Counted from the first letter of the stretch, positions 20,592 to 32,373 are shown. The stretch: DNA of 64,000 nt from Alphaproteobacteria bacterium (GCA_963555825.3 CAUVXB020000002.1:2368001-2432000), one strand, 5' to 3'. Translations and numbers: made by a program. The notes: generated by a model from the sequence alone, not told the origin.

Positions 20592-22199
20592 CTACGTCTG
20601 TTTTCCTGATAACCAGCTTCGGTCCCCCGGGACAGTCTCTGATGCCTCTGCGTCAATAGGTATGATCACCCATGGCTGAGCGCTGCGAACGAATACGTGA
20701 TGCGTCGGACGGAGCCAGCTCGTATCATCCAATGTACCTGGCTTCAGACTTATACCAACGGCACTAATTATTGACCTGAAATCGCCCAATCTCTCATTCC
20801 GATGGACATGATCGTCTCGGGCTGGTCGATTAGTTTGTTCCAGGCTTGGCAACCGGCCTCGATGATGGCGTCGTAATCTTCGAAGACGCGGTTAGAGAGC
20901 CAATTCTGGCGGAGGTATTGCCAGATGTTCTCGACCGGGTTCAGCTCGGGCGAGCGCGATGGCAGCAGGATGATGGTGAGGTTCTTGGGGACCTTGAGCT
21001 GGTCGGTGCTGTGCCACCCGGCGCGGTCCATCAGGACGACGCCATGGGCCTTGGCGGCGACGTTGCAGCTGATCTCGTCGAGATGCATCTGCATGGCGGC
21101 TGTGTTGGCGAAGGGGAGCATGAGAGCGGCACCCTTGGCTCCCATGGGACAGATTGCGCCAAAGAGGTAGGCGTTCGTGTAGCGCTGATCGGCGGGCAGG
21201 CGTGGCCTTGTTCCCTTCTTCGCCCAAATGCGCACACGCCCGTTCTTCTGTCCCAGCCTGGCCTCGTCTTGGAACCAGATCTCGACCCGCTTGGTCTTGG
21301 GCAGACCGGCTAGGTGGGCAGCGAGCGTGCGGGGGAAGTTTTTTTGAACGCCTCGATCACCCGCTGGTCCTGCTTGGGGTGCTGCGGCCGGGCGCTGATG
21401 TGGGAGAAGGACAGCGCGACGAGAAGGTCGGAGATCGCCCGCTCGCTATAGATCACGCCAAAGCGTTCTTCGATCACCCGTTTCAGGCCAACCCGCCGCC
21501 AGCGAACCACACCGTCAATCTCTGGATCGGGGCCCGTTTCGACGATCACCGACAGTTCGCCCATCTGCTCGTCGGTCAAGAGCCGGGGGCGGCCCGCACC
21601 GGGACGGTTCTTCAAGCCGTCTGCCCCTTCATCGTTGAAGCGGTGCGCCCAGTCTCTCAGCGTCTGGCGATCCATGCCGCCGACCTTAGCGGCTTCCGCT
21701 CGGCTCATGCCGTCGTAAACCGCCGCCAAGGCCAAAAGCCGGCGAACTTGGCGGGGATCGCGACTGTGCTTGGCCAAACACCGGAGCTCAATGCTGTCGT
21801 AGTCGTCCCGAAGAGCAATGCATACTGACATGGCGAATCTCCTTCGCCAGCCTTGAATCACATCCAGCCCAAAAAGGGAATCCCTTGCGAGTCAGAATTT
21901 TGCGCCGTTGGTATTATCTGGTCAGGGCTTCTGTCAGCTTTATGGTGAATTCGAGTGCCGCAATCCGAGCAGAATGAGTTTATGAACGTCTGACCGCTAT
22001 CTGCCCTTCGGTCGAAACTTTTTAGCTCGCCTTTGGTCAGGTGAAAATGTTCAGCAGGTACCCGCATCGCCATCGCAAAGGCGCTCCCCGACTGAGTTTG
22101 GCAGATTGTGCAGTGACAGGCATAGACCACCGCCGCCTCGCTAGTTACTCGGTAACGGACGGCCCCGCATTGGCAGCCGCCGTCGAAAGGGGGGTGCAT
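20592..22199 (-). pseudogene. GFA-family (Zn-binding) protein split by IS630
   Basis: GGCQCGAVRY, CHCTICQ, FCSDCGT; removing the IS restores PDQI-SLKPGTLDD in frame. Confidence 0.85.
20753..21913 (-). mobile_element. IS630-family element, copy 1 (frameshifted transposase)
   Basis: HTH ORF and DDE ORF (DRAGWH, SPELNPVENIW) joined at an A-run; IR TACCAACGGC/GCCGTTGGTA; flanked by TTA. Confidence 0.9.
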
Positions 22200-22364
22200 T
22201 CTCTTTCTCCGTCTTCTGGCAAGTACAACACACCAGTACATAGCTTACTTTGGCACGACTGGTTGGGGACAATGGCGATCTCGGTCTGCTGTCGCGCGCA
22301 ACGCAGACATGATCCGCTGAAAAGCCGACGTTCTGGGTGTCGTTTCGACTGAATTTCAAACTGA

Positions 22365-23539
22365 TACCAGTGAGCGCCTGAATTGACTCTCGGGATATTC
22401 ATTGATGGCGGATGATGGCGGATTGTGATTCTATGGTCTCCCACCAGATGTGGGGGATGTCATGGGATCAGCACTCAAGATACGGGATGATTTGACGCCT
22501 TTGGAGCTTCGGCGCTGGGCTCGCGTGGAATCGTACGGTCGAGCGGCGGCGCGGGCCTATGGGATCGCGAATGCTTTGGAGGAGATGCCCCGGGCTGATG
22601 CCGCGCGGCTTGCGGGGATGGATCGCCAAACGCTTCGCGACGCGGTTGTTCGTTACAATGCAAAGGGATTGGAGGGGCTTCACGACCGTCCAAAGGGCTA
22701 CTCGCCGCGGCGGCTGACGGCAGACGAGGAAGCGGCGCTGGCGGCGGTCATCATCGCCGGGCCGGAGCCTGAGCGCGACGGGGTTTGCGCCTGGACCCGG
22801 GCCGATCTGTGCCGCTGGCTGGAGGAGCGCTTCGCCAAGACCTACCACCCCTCGAGCATGACCCGGGTTCTACGGCGGATGGGATTTTCCCGCCAGAAGG
22901 CGCGCCCGAGCCACCCGCGAAGGGACGCCGAAGCGCAGGAGCGCTTCAAAAAAGGGGGCTTCGCGACATCCTGAAGGCGACCGCCGCGGCGCATCCCGAC
23001 AAGCGCCTACAGCTGTGGTTTCAGGATGAAGCGCGCGTCGGCAACAAGGGCCGGGTGTGTCACCGGTGGTGGCGCAGGGGCGAGCGTGCCCCCGGGACGC
23101 GTCAAATCGGCTACCAGTGGGCCTACATCTTCTCCGCCGTGCGCCCGGACACCGGCGACGACGTCACCCTGGTGATGCCGAGCGTCAACGCCAAGGTCAT
23201 GGACCTGTTTCTCGCACACTTCGCCGATACCCTGGACCAGGATGCGCACGCCGTCATGATGTGCGACGGCGCCGGTTGGCACGACGAGCGCGCCCTCACC
23301 GTCCCCGACAACGTCACCTTGGCGCTGTTGCCGCCTTACAGTCCCGAACTCAACCCCGTCGAGCGGGTTTGGCTCTACCTACGCGAACGCTTCCTATCGC
23401 TCCGCGTCCTCGACGACACCGAGGCCATCATCGACGCCTGTTGCCAAGCATGGATCGACCTCATCGCAGAACCGGATCGTATGCGAACCCTCTGCGCCTA
23501 TCCATGGATCATGAAGGTGATTTCATAGGCTCACCGGTA
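22365..23539 (+). mobile_element. IS630-family element, copy 2
   Basis: ORFs 22450-22974 and ~22950-23528 (FQDEAR, DGAGWH, SPELNPVE); AAAAAAGGGGG slippery site; IR TACCAGTGAGC/GCTCACCGGTA; flanked by TGA. Confidence 0.9.
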
Positions 23540-23567
23540 TGAGACGCTACCGTCGTTTTCCGCGTTC

Positions 23568-23727
23568 TAGAACATTATTCGATCGATAGGAAACGGTGGG
23601 TTTACTTCAGCCCGCGACCGCGGGCCGCCGACCGTTCGGCCAGTCCTTGTGGGATAAAGATTGGCATGCGCGGCGATTGAGCGCAGGTCATCTTTGCGTG
23701 AGCCAAAGATGACCGTACATAGAATTA
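23568..23727 (+). repeat. Structured repeat family B, copy 1
   Basis: Shares CAGCCCGCG, GGCCGCCGACCGTTCGGC and GCGCGGCGATTGAGCGCAGGTCA...TGACCG with four other copies. Confidence 0.85.
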
Positions 23728-25020
23728 CCCGTCGAGGAAGGCGAACTTGAGGATGAACAGTACGGCGAGCACGATGACTGCCCACCCCGCGTCATTCCAG
23801 CGCCCGGTCAGGATCTTGATGCCGGCGTAGGCGACGAAGCCGAAGCCGATGCCGGTCGAGATCGAAAACGTCAGCGGCATCGAGATTGCCGTGATCACGG
23901 CGGGCACGTATTCGGTGACGTCGTCCCAGTCGACCTCGGCGATGCCGCGCATCATCAGGCAGGCGACGAAGACCAGCGCCGGCGCCGTGGCGTAAGCGGG
24001 AATGGTGCCGGCGAGCGGCGCGAAGAACAGGCACAGCAGGAACAGCACTGCGACCGCGACCGCGGTCAACCCGGTGCGCCCACCGGCCTTCACGCCAGCG
24101 ACGCTCTCGATGTAGCTGGTCGTCGTCGAGGTGCCCATCGCGGCGCCCGCGACGGTGGCGACCGAGTCCGACATCAGCGCCTTGCCCAGCCTCGGCAGTT
24201 TGCCCTGTTCGTCGAGCATGCCGCCCTGATGGGCGACGCCGATCAGCGTGCCCGCGGTGTCGAACAGGTCGACGAACAGGAAGGCGAAGATCACCGAGAT
24301 CAGCGCCCCGTCCAGCGCGCCGGCGAGGTCCATGGCGAACAGCGTCGGCATCAGGCTCGGCGGCATCGAGAACACGCCCGTCGCCTCCGACAGCCCGGTC
24401 GCGATGGCGACCAGCGTGGCGAGCAGGATCGCGATCGTGATGGCGCCCGGCACGCGGCGCGCATCGAGCGCGACCATCACCAGGAAGCCGACGATGGCGA
24501 CCAGCACGGTCGCCTGGGTCAGATCGCCGAGCGTCACCAGCGTCGCCGGGTGGTCGACCACGATGCCGGCGTTCTTCAGCCCGATGATGCCGAGGAACAT
24601 GCCGATGCCGGCGGCGATCGACAGCTTGAGACTGCGCGGGATGGCGTTGATGATCCATTCGCGCACCTTGAGGACGCTCAGGATAAAGAACAGCACGCCG
24701 GCGATGAACACCGCGCCGAGCGCGGTCTGCCAGCTATGGCCGAGCGTCAGCACCACGGTATAGGCGAAGAAGGCGTTGAGCCCCATGCCGGGCGCCAGCG
24801 CGATCGGGTAGTTGGCCCACAGCCCCATGATCGCCGAGCCGATCGCGGCGGCGAGACAGGTCGCGACGAACACCGCGCCCTGGTCCATCCCGGCGGCGGC
24901 CAGGATGCTCGGGTTGACGAAGGCGATGTAGGCCATGGTGAGGAACGTCGTCACGCCGGCGATCAGCTCGGTGCTGACGTTGGTCGAGTTTTCGGACAGC
25001 TTGAAGAGGTTCTCGAGCAT
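23725..25020 (-). CDS. NCS2/AzgA-family purine permease
   Basis: AGVTTFLTMAYI, LAPGMGLNAFF, DLFDTAGT, TSYIES.AG...GGRTGLTA. Confidence 0.9.
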   Translation of the reverse strand: MLENLFKLSENSTNVSTELIAGVTTFLTMAYIAFVNPSILAAAGMDQGAVFVATCLAAAIGSAIMGLWANYPIALAPGMGLNAFFAYTVVLTLGHSWQTALGAVFIAGVLFFILSVLKVREWIINAIPRSLKLSIAAGIGMFLGIIGLKNAGIVVDHPATLVTLGDLTQATVLVAIVGFLVMVALDARRVPGAITIAILLATLVAIATGLSEATGVFSMPPSLMPTLFAMDLAGALDGALISVIFAFLFVDLFDTAGTLIGVAHQGGMLDEQGKLPRLGKALMSDSVATVAGAAMGTSTTTSYIESVAGVKAGGRTGLTAVAVAVLFLLCLFFAPLAGTIPAYATAPALVFVACLMMRGIAEVDWDDVTEYVPAVITAISMPLTFSISTGIGFGFVAYAGIKILTGRWNDAGWAVIVLAVLFILKFAFLDG

Positions 25021-25266
25021 CGGGCCACCCCCTTGTTCGCGGCGCCGTCTCCGCCCCCTCGCGGGCAACGCCTGTCGGTTAGTGCCTGCCGCCCGGACGC
25101 GGACGAAGCCTACGCGATTGCCAAGCGCGATGCCACACCGACGTGGCGAGGGTGGGCGCGACGCGGGGTCTCGCTACCTGGCCCCTGGAAGCGAAAGGGG
25201 CGCGGGGGAAGGGTCATAACCCTTCCCTTGTACCCATCCTGGTCGCGGGGTGGCCTGATCCGTTTG

Positions 25267-25629
25267 CTAAACCAAATCGCCGACCGTGACGTCGAGGGCG
25301 TTGGCGAGCGCGCGCAAGGTGCGGCCGGTCGGCTCGCGCTGGCCGCGCTCGATGCGCGACACGTCGGCCTGGTCGAGGCCGGCTTTCTCGGCGAGCTCGG
25401 ATTGGGTCATACCGCGATAGCCGCGCCAGACCTTGACCGGGTTTTCGCCGGCGATCAGGCGCTCGGCGATATCGCCGGGCACTAGGGCCTCGCGCATGGC
25501 GCGGGCATTGCGCACGGCGGCGGCGTCGGCGGCGTCCTCGGCGGCAGCGAGCAGGCGCTCATACTCCTTGATGTCGAGGACGGCGTGGGTGCGTCGGCCG
25601 TTCTTTTCGATGTATTGAACCGTGCTCAT
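25267..25629 (-). CDS. XRE-HTH antitoxin (HigA-like)
   Basis: GENPVKVWR.YRGMTQ.ELA..AGL....VSRIE.G. Confidence 0.8.
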   Translation of the reverse strand: MSTVQYIEKNGRRTHAVLDIKEYERLLAAAEDAADAAAVRNARAMREALVPGDIAERLIAGENPVKVWRGYRGMTQSELAEKAGLDQADVSRIERGQREPTGRTLRALANALDVTVGDLV

Positions 25630-25886
25630 CGGTATGCCTTTCCACGGGGTTTGAAGTCAACGACGATCACCACGCGCGCGGCGCGATCGATCGTATACAG
25701 CAGCCGCCAGTCTCCGAAGCGATACCGGAACGTGTCCTTCTCGCCCTTGAGCGGCGCGGCCTGCGGGCGCTTGGCGAAGGGGTCTGCGGCGATCTCGGCG
25801 ACGATGGCCATGACGCGCGCTTTGAGCGTGGCGGGCTGGCGCTTGAGGGCGTTGATGGCAGCTCTTGTATATGTCGTTTCATACAT
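25626..25886 (-). CDS. RelE/ParE-family toxin
   Basis: PLKGEKDTFRYRFGDWRLLY, KPRGKAYR; overlaps the antitoxin start. Confidence 0.8.
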   Translation of the reverse strand: MYETTYTRAAINALKRQPATLKARVMAIVAEIAADPFAKRPQAAPLKGEKDTFRYRFGDWRLLYTIDRAARVVIVVDFKPRGKAYR

Positions 25887-26209
25887 AACTGCAATAGGGA
25901 TTATACCACATTTGTCACCAAAACGAGATATGCGTTTCCGTGCACCCTGTTCAAATGTTTGAGCGCATAGGCATTGGACTCGGAGGCGAGTAGCCCGATG
26001 GCCACGGTTGCGGAGACGATCGAATGCGCTGACATCGGCTACTGCCCGAGCCGTCGATACCCGTGGCTCTTCCCCTGGCCTTGACGCCGCCTGGGCGGCG
26101 TTGGCGGCGGGGAAGGACACATCGACGGCTGGGGCATCCGCCATCGAACCCGCGCACCCCCTCCCGGTGGCGCCGAGGGCGCGAGGGGTTCGGGCGACTG
26201 GCTCCGCGC

Positions 26210-26440
26210 TTATTCCGAGGCGCGGCGCAGGTGTCTCCTGACCTCGATCAGGACCGTCAGGGGGGCGCCGACGAGGACGGCAACGGCGATGAGCAAGACC
26301 AGCGCGGCGGGCGCCAGCGCATCGAGTCGCATGACCAGCACGCCCACGCCTAGAATAAGCACGACGGCGGCCGTGAGCGGCCAGGAGTCGCCGACGACCA
26401 AATCATAGATAAACTTCAGAGGGGCAGTGAGCCATCTCAT
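26210..26440 (-). CDS. Small membrane protein
   Basis: FIYDLVVGDSW followed by hydrophobic segments; translationally coupled to the upstream gene. Confidence 0.65.
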   Translation of the reverse strand: MRWLTAPLKFIYDLVVGDSWPLTAAVVLILGVGVLVMRLDALAPAALVLLIAVAVLVGAPLTVLIEVRRHLRRASE

Positions 26441-27237
26441 GACGCGGCCGCCGGGCTGGGCGCGAGGCGCTTCAGAATCGCCACCGTGGCGCGCGTGACG
26501 ACGAGCCAGGCGAGCAGGATCGCCGGCAGGGCCCAGGTGCCGCCCGGCCACGCCAGGCTCTCGCCGCCGGCGCCGAAGAACCCCAACCCCTCGACGACCC
26601 AGAACAGGCCGAAGCTCGAGAGCAACAGGCCGACGGCGTATTTCATCGTGTTCTCGGGCACCATCGCCAGCGGGCGCCGGATGACGATGCCGCTGACGAC
26701 GACGACCAGCGCGCCGAGCACGGCGCCGAGCGTCGCGCTCAACATGGCGTCGGGGACGCCGCGGTGGGCCGCCCCAAGCCCGAAGGTGATGACGATGAAG
26801 ACGACCTCGATGCCTTCCAGCAACACGCCCTTGAAGGCGACGACGAAACCGAAGGCGTCGAGCCCGAAGAATTGACCGCTGCCGGCGGCGCGGGCCGCCG
26901 CCACTTCGTCGGCGAAGATCAGGTCCTCGTCATGGAGCGCCTTCAAGCCGGCCGAGCGCAGCATCGCTTTTCTGAGCCACTGCAGGCCGAAGACGAGCAG
27001 CAGGGCGCCGACGATGAATTGCAGGAAGGCCGCGTTCACATAATCACGCAGCGCGACGCCGGCGATCGCGACGAGCAGCGCCAGCACGACGACCGCGGCC
27101 GCGGTGCCCGCCAGCGCCGAACGCCAGCCCCGGCTCATGCCCATGGCGAGCACGATGGTGAAGGCCTCGACCACCTCGACGGCGGAGGCGATGAAGACGG
27201 CCACGATCAGGCCGATGGCGTCTGGCGTGAACGACAT
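26437..27237 (-). CDS. COG4280/TMEM165-like membrane protein
   Basis: ASAVEVVEAFTIVLA, GLQWLRKA, FKGVLLEGIEVVFIV, VPEN.MK. Confidence 0.8.
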   Translation of the reverse strand: MSFTPDAIGLIVAVFIASAVEVVEAFTIVLAMGMSRGWRSALAGTAAAVVVLALLVAIAGVALRDYVNAAFLQFIVGALLLVFGLQWLRKAMLRSAGLKALHDEDLIFADEVAAARAAGSGQFFGLDAFGFVVAFKGVLLEGIEVVFIVITFGLGAAHRGVPDAMLSATLGAVLGALVVVVSGIVIRRPLAMVPENTMKYAVGLLLSSFGLFWVVEGLGFFGAGGESLAWPGGTWALPAILLAWLVVTRATVAILKRLAPSPAAAS

Positions 27238-27527
27238 GCCGCCCCCTTCGGCCGACAAACCCCGGAAAACCGCCGAATCGGTCGAGACTGTACCACATGG
27301 CCGCCGAGGCGGCTGTTTATCGCCCGCAGGGGGACTGTCTCAGTTTGAGCTTTTGTGCGCGGATCGCGCTGAGCCAACGCTCATTTCGGCTGTTTGGGGC
27401 AAAGCGGACGTGTATCGGGAATGGCGTCCACTTCCGGAGATAGCCGTTAAGAGACGTTTGAGGCTTCTGGATACATTTGGCGGATACCGCGTAAGGGTGA
27501 TCCGCGGGATAGTGACGGGTCAAACAA

Positions 27528-28421
27528 TCAGACGAGCTTTTGCAAAGCTGCAATGTGGTCGACGCGCATACCACAGCAACCCCCAATGACCTGAACACCA
27601 CGCTCAAGCCAGGCTTTTGAAAGAGATGCATAGTCTTGGGGGGAAATCGTCTCATCGAATATGCATTTGCCGCCAACCCAACGGGCTGAATGGGCGTAGA
27701 CGCCGATGGACCCCGACCATCGATCATGCAAAACATCGAGACAAGCATCGATATGCTCGACTTCGGTATGCATTATACTGACAAGCGGAACGTTCTTGTC
27801 CTTGATCGCGTCCAGCGCGTCGATCAAAGGTTCACCGTTCCTAAGGCCCATGGTTTTGGAACTATCGGGCTCGCAGGTCAAACCAACCCAAACAGGCAAT
27901 CCGCTGGTTTGTGCTGCATCAAGCGTGACCAGCATACGGTCTATATCAATCATCATTTCCAGCATCAGCAGGTCGGCGCCCGCTTTGACCATAATCGCGG
28001 CCTGTTCTTCAATGCTGCCGCGCAAATTGTCGAGCGAAGGATGATCTCCGGCCCACGACCAATACGAAATTCCCCCTGCCACCAGCACGTCCGGTTTTTG
28101 TAAATTCTCACGGGCCTCGGTTGCCAGCTCGATTCCTCGCCGATTGAGTTCTTCAAACTGATCTTCGACAGCGGCATCGCGCAGGGCATGTCTTGATGTG
28201 GCAAAGGTGTTTGAAATAACAATCTCGGCGCCTTCGCGGATGTAGTCTTCATGGACCGAACGCAAGACATCTGGATGGCTCAAAGCACCGCCACCGTTCC
28301 AGGCGTTGTTTAATTGCGGTACGCCACGCCTCTCGATTTCCGTCCCGGTCGCACCATCCATCAGTACGCGTTCGCCGTTGTGGACACGCGCCATCAGTCT
28401 TTCATAGCGGTTCACGTTCAA
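27528..28421 (-). CDS. Homocysteine S-methyltransferase family protein (lower GC)
   Basis: DGATGTE, VHEDYI.EGA, IGGCCG. Confidence 0.85.
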   Translation of the reverse strand: MNVNRYERLMARVHNGERVLMDGATGTEIERRGVPQLNNAWNGGGALSHPDVLRSVHEDYIREGAEIVISNTFATSRHALRDAAVEDQFEELNRRGIELATEARENLQKPDVLVAGGISYWSWAGDHPSLDNLRGSIEEQAAIMVKAGADLLMLEMMIDIDRMLVTLDAAQTSGLPVWVGLTCEPDSSKTMGLRNGEPLIDALDAIKDKNVPLVSIMHTEVEHIDACLDVLHDRWSGSIGVYAHSARWVGGKCIFDETISPQDYASLSKAWLERGVQVIGGCCGMRVDHIAALQKLV

Positions 28422-28729
28422 TTTCCCCGTCGTCGACCGTCATGGGAAAGGAACTATAGCCAACATCACTAACTTCTGAAATGGATCAGGAGCAGAAGTT
28501 TCGACAACCCTCGTCGACGCCCGATGACGGACGTGGAACGGGCATGACCTGCTCAAAAGCGGGCGTTCAGGGCTTTGGTCCGGCTCGTGGGTTCGCGCGC
28601 CGATCCATCCTGCGCTAAGCTGCCGCGCAGAAACGTTTCGGGCGCGAGCCGCGTTCGTACGATCCGGTCGTGGTTCGCCTACGGCGATACTGGCAAGCCC
28701 CGCCGCGGCGGCCGCCCTAGTGGTATCCG

Positions 28730-30183
28730 TGTATCGCACCCGGTTCCTTGGACACAAGTTTGTCTCATGCGGCGGGCCTGAGTGACATCGCGGTGTGCCA
28801 CGCCTGACGAGCTTGAGCGGGGCTCAGGTAGCCGTTCTTCTCCACGATCCACTGGGCATTGTACTGTTCGACGAACCCGCGGACGGCGTTCCGCAGCTCC
28901 GCGATGTTGCGGTAGATGCGGCCATGGATGATCTGTTCCTTGAGCGTGCGATTGAACCTCTCGGCGACGCCGTTGGTCTGGGGCTGTTCGACGAAGGCGT
29001 AGGACGGCTGGATGCCCCAGAACTTGATCTGGTTGGTGAAGTGGTCCGACAGATACTGGGAGCCGTGATCCATCCGCAAGGCCAGCCCCCGCGCCGCACC
29101 GGCGGAGGTCGAGGCATACAGCCTCGCAAGCCCCATGGAGATCGGCTGAAGGGCGGCGAAGCGGTCGCCTCGCTTGCACACATGCCAGCCGACGCACTCG
29201 GCGTTCCAATGCTCGATGGCGGTGAATATCCAGCCCCAGCCGTCGTCCACCGTGAACACCCGAACGCCGTCCGTGCCCCACATGAGGTTGGGGGCATGGG
29301 TGATGATCTCACCGACATGGGGATTTCCGCCACGGCGGCGGCAGCGATGGGGCGAGAGCAGGTTGTTCTCGCGCATCACCCGGAGCCCCCGCTTGCGGGA
29401 AACACGGATGCCACGACAGACCCGAAGCCGAGCCCAGACCTTGCGGTGTCCCTCGCCCTCCCAGGGGGATGCCTCCAGGTCGGCCTCGATGGCCACCAGC
29501 AGAGCCTCGTCCGAGATCGAGGGCTTCGGTCCCCGGCGCTTTGCTGGTGGGCGCTCAGCGGTGGCCTGCTGCCGGGATTTCATGGCGTAGAACGAGGAAC
29601 GGGCAAAACCCCAGGCCGCACAGACCCGCTGGAGGCCGTAGGCCAAACCCGTGCCGGGAGAGGTGGCGGCACTCATCGCCGCGACCTCCGCCGCCCCAAA
29701 GGGCCGGACGTCTCCGTCTTGGCCTCCAGCAGTTCCACCTGCATGATCAACTCCCCGATCCGCTTCATGGCGATGTCCAGTTCCGCCTTCACCGGATCGC
29801 CCTTGCGTTCCTTGAGCGAGGCATCGATCCCGGCGATCGCCTTCTCACGCCACTGCTCGAGCCGGAAAATCTCCACGCCCAACTGCCGCGACAAAAGTTC
29901 CACCGGCTCGCCACGCAAAAGCCGCAGGGCAACCTCACGCTTGCGCGTCACCGTCCACCGCTGGCCAAGTCCCAGCGGGCCTGCCGGCGAAACCTGGCCC
30001 GGGGAAAACGTGGACGAGCCAAGCTCGCCCTCGTTTACCACAGGCCCATCAACAGCAACTTTGTTCTCAAAATTGTCGGTCATGTTCCGGTCCTCCTTGG
30101 ACACTTCGATTAAGCCAATTCTGTGTCCAAGGAAATCGGGTCCGACTCACAATTCTGTGTCCAAGGAAATCGGGTCCGACTCA
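28730..30183 (-). mobile_element. IS3-like element (orfA 29673-30104, orfB 28765-29676) with tandemly duplicated terminal repeat
   Basis: Integrase core W.TD, DHGSQY, NGVAERF; IR TGTATCGCACCCGGTTCCTTGGACACA / TGTGTCCAAGGAAATCGGGTCCGACTCA; 34-bp duplication 30116-30149/30150-30183. Confidence 0.85.
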
Positions 30184-31348
30184 ATCAGATTACCGGACTC
30201 AGCAACAATAATGACGTATCGACGTGGTGCGACGCTTCCTCGTATGGCAATGATGCAGAAGCTGAAGGTGAACCAACCTATCAAACCGATCGGGGAGCAG
30301 ATCAGTTCAACGGTATGCCAGTGGTCCTCTTTAAAATCTCCGATTACGATCACATGATCGTAGACGATGCTGATTCTTTGGATATCACGACGGTCATGAC
30401 CTTGATGATTGCAGCCGATTACAAGAGTTCGTCACATTTTTGGACCGGTTTTTCAGCAAAGCGACCAATGATAGATGGGATGCCGGATTTGGATTCGGCA
30501 GAGACAGCAATACCGAAAAATGGTTCGCATGGGTGGACAATTTCAAGCTACCCAGCATACGTGCAACTCTAAGTTATAAAGACGATCATATCATAACGAT
30601 GCGGTACGATCAGGTGACGCTTGAATCTTGGTATGAAGAGACATCGCAAGGTAGCCATGGTTATACGAGCGCGTTGGATCCGAATGGTCACGGTATAGAC
30701 ATCGGCAAACCGGAAAAGGGTTTTTACTACCTAAATGGGAGATTAGCCGAAATTGTGTTGTATGATGAGGCACTTAACGCCGCTCAGCGGATAATTGCAT
30801 CGAACTACATGGCGGCGAAATATGCCATCGCTTTGTCGGCAAATGATTTTTATGACGAAGACGATGCCGGCAATGGCGACTACGATTTAGATGTGGCGGG
30901 GATCGGACAGGCGGCGGACGGCAGCAATCACACGAATGCCCGCGGTACTGGTATCTGGCGGGTGAGCGGCGCCACGGAATTGGGCGACGGTGAATATCTC
31001 TTTTGGGGGCGCGACAACGGTTCTGAAGGTGCGACTGCGACGGGTGTGCCTGCAACTGTTGAAGAAATGCTCAGTAGAGGATGGAGGATGAGCGAGACTG
31101 GCGACGTTGGAAAAGTATCCATCTCGGTTCACCTGACATCATCTGTAACGGCATCCGATTTACGCTTGATTATCGATGACGACGACGATGGTGATTTCTC
31201 TGATGAAACGGTAGAAAGCGGCTTGATTGATGGTGCCACATCCATTGGCGATAATGAATATCAATTCGCCGGTGTGACCAAAATTGGTGATAACAAGCGT
31301 TTCACTTTGGGAACCATCAATAAAACGCAAACACCTCTGTCCAATTGA
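30184..31348 (+). pseudogene. 5'-truncated, frameshifted LamG/concanavalin-like extracellular protein fragment
   Basis: Lower GC; V.TW.D.S..GN.A, NGMPV, LNG.LAEIVLY..AL, NY.AAKY, DVAGIG; frameshift near 30450. Confidence 0.7.
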
Positions 31349-31518
31349 GATCACATTCACGACGCCTTGTAATGCGTTCGGACGGCGTTGCCACGGTGTT
31401 TTGCATGGCCATTGGGACAATATTGGTAACGTCGATGGACAGTGCGACCTGGGGGTCTTGCTGTGACGTGAACGCGTTCGCGGGCGGCTTGGGCTGCGCC
31501 GACAGTGGAGGCTGAGCG

Positions 31519-32295
31519 ATGGCCGACCCGGTAGTCGAGTTCTACGACCGCTTAAGCCTCGAGTATCGTCACAACATGGGGTGGGACTGGGAGGCGGGGG
31601 TGCGCCGGGAAGGCGCATCGCTCGACCGTTTCCTCGCGAACTCGGTGGGGCGTCAGGGTCCCTATTCTGTGCTTGACTGCACCTGCGGAATCGGCACCCA
31701 GGCAATCGGCCTGGCGCTTCACGGCCACCAAGTCCACGCCACGGACTTGAGCCCGGTGGCGGTCGACTGCGCCCGGCGGGAGGCCACCGACTTCGGCGTA
31801 TCGATGAATTTCGGTGTCGCCGACTTTCGCAAGCTGAGCGCCGCCATCTCCGATACCTTCGACGTCGTCCTTTCGTGCGACAACTCGATCGCCCACTGTC
31901 TCGACGACGACAATCTCGCCGCCGCCTTGGCCAGTATGAAGACCAGGCTCAAGCCCGGCGGCCTGCTGCTCTTGAGCATCAGGGACTATGACGCGCTGGT
32001 CGCGGACAAGCCCTGCTTCACCAGCGAGCACGTCCAAGACAGGCCGGACGGCCGCCGCGTCGTCTTTCAGGTGTGGGACTGGGCGAGCGACGGCCGCAGC
32101 TACCGCGTCGATCAATTCCTCATCAAGGAGACCGACGGCCGCTATGAGCTCAAACATTTCGCGACCGAGCTCAGGGCGTTGCTGCGCGACGAAGTGATGG
32201 CCGCCGTCCGAGGCGCGGGGTACGAGGAGGTCCGCTGGCATGGCCCCGAAGCGAGCGGCTACTATCAGCCGATCGTGACCGCCCGCAACCGATGA
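31519..32295 (+). CDS. Class I SAM-dependent methyltransferase (glycine/sarcosine N-methyltransferase-like)
   Basis: VLDCTCGIGT, FDVVLSCDNS..H, LKPGGLLL.S.RDYD. Confidence 0.85.
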   Translation: MADPVVEFYDRLSLEYRHNMGWDWEAGVRREGASLDRFLANSVGRQGPYSVLDCTCGIGTQAIGLALHGHQVHATDLSPVAVDCARREATDFGVSMNFGVADFRKLSAAISDTFDVVLSCDNSIAHCLDDDNLAAALASMKTRLKPGGLLLLSIRDYDALVADKPCFTSEHVQDRPDGRRVVFQVWDWASDGRSYRVDQFLIKETDGRYELKHFATELRALLRDEVMAAVRGAGYEEVRWHGPEASGYYQPIVTARNR

Positions 32296-32373
32296 GCGTA
32301 ATGCGCGTTTGATCGGGGCACGAATATTCCAGCGGTAACGAGCACGACCTGCGAAGCTGGTGACGACATCAAA

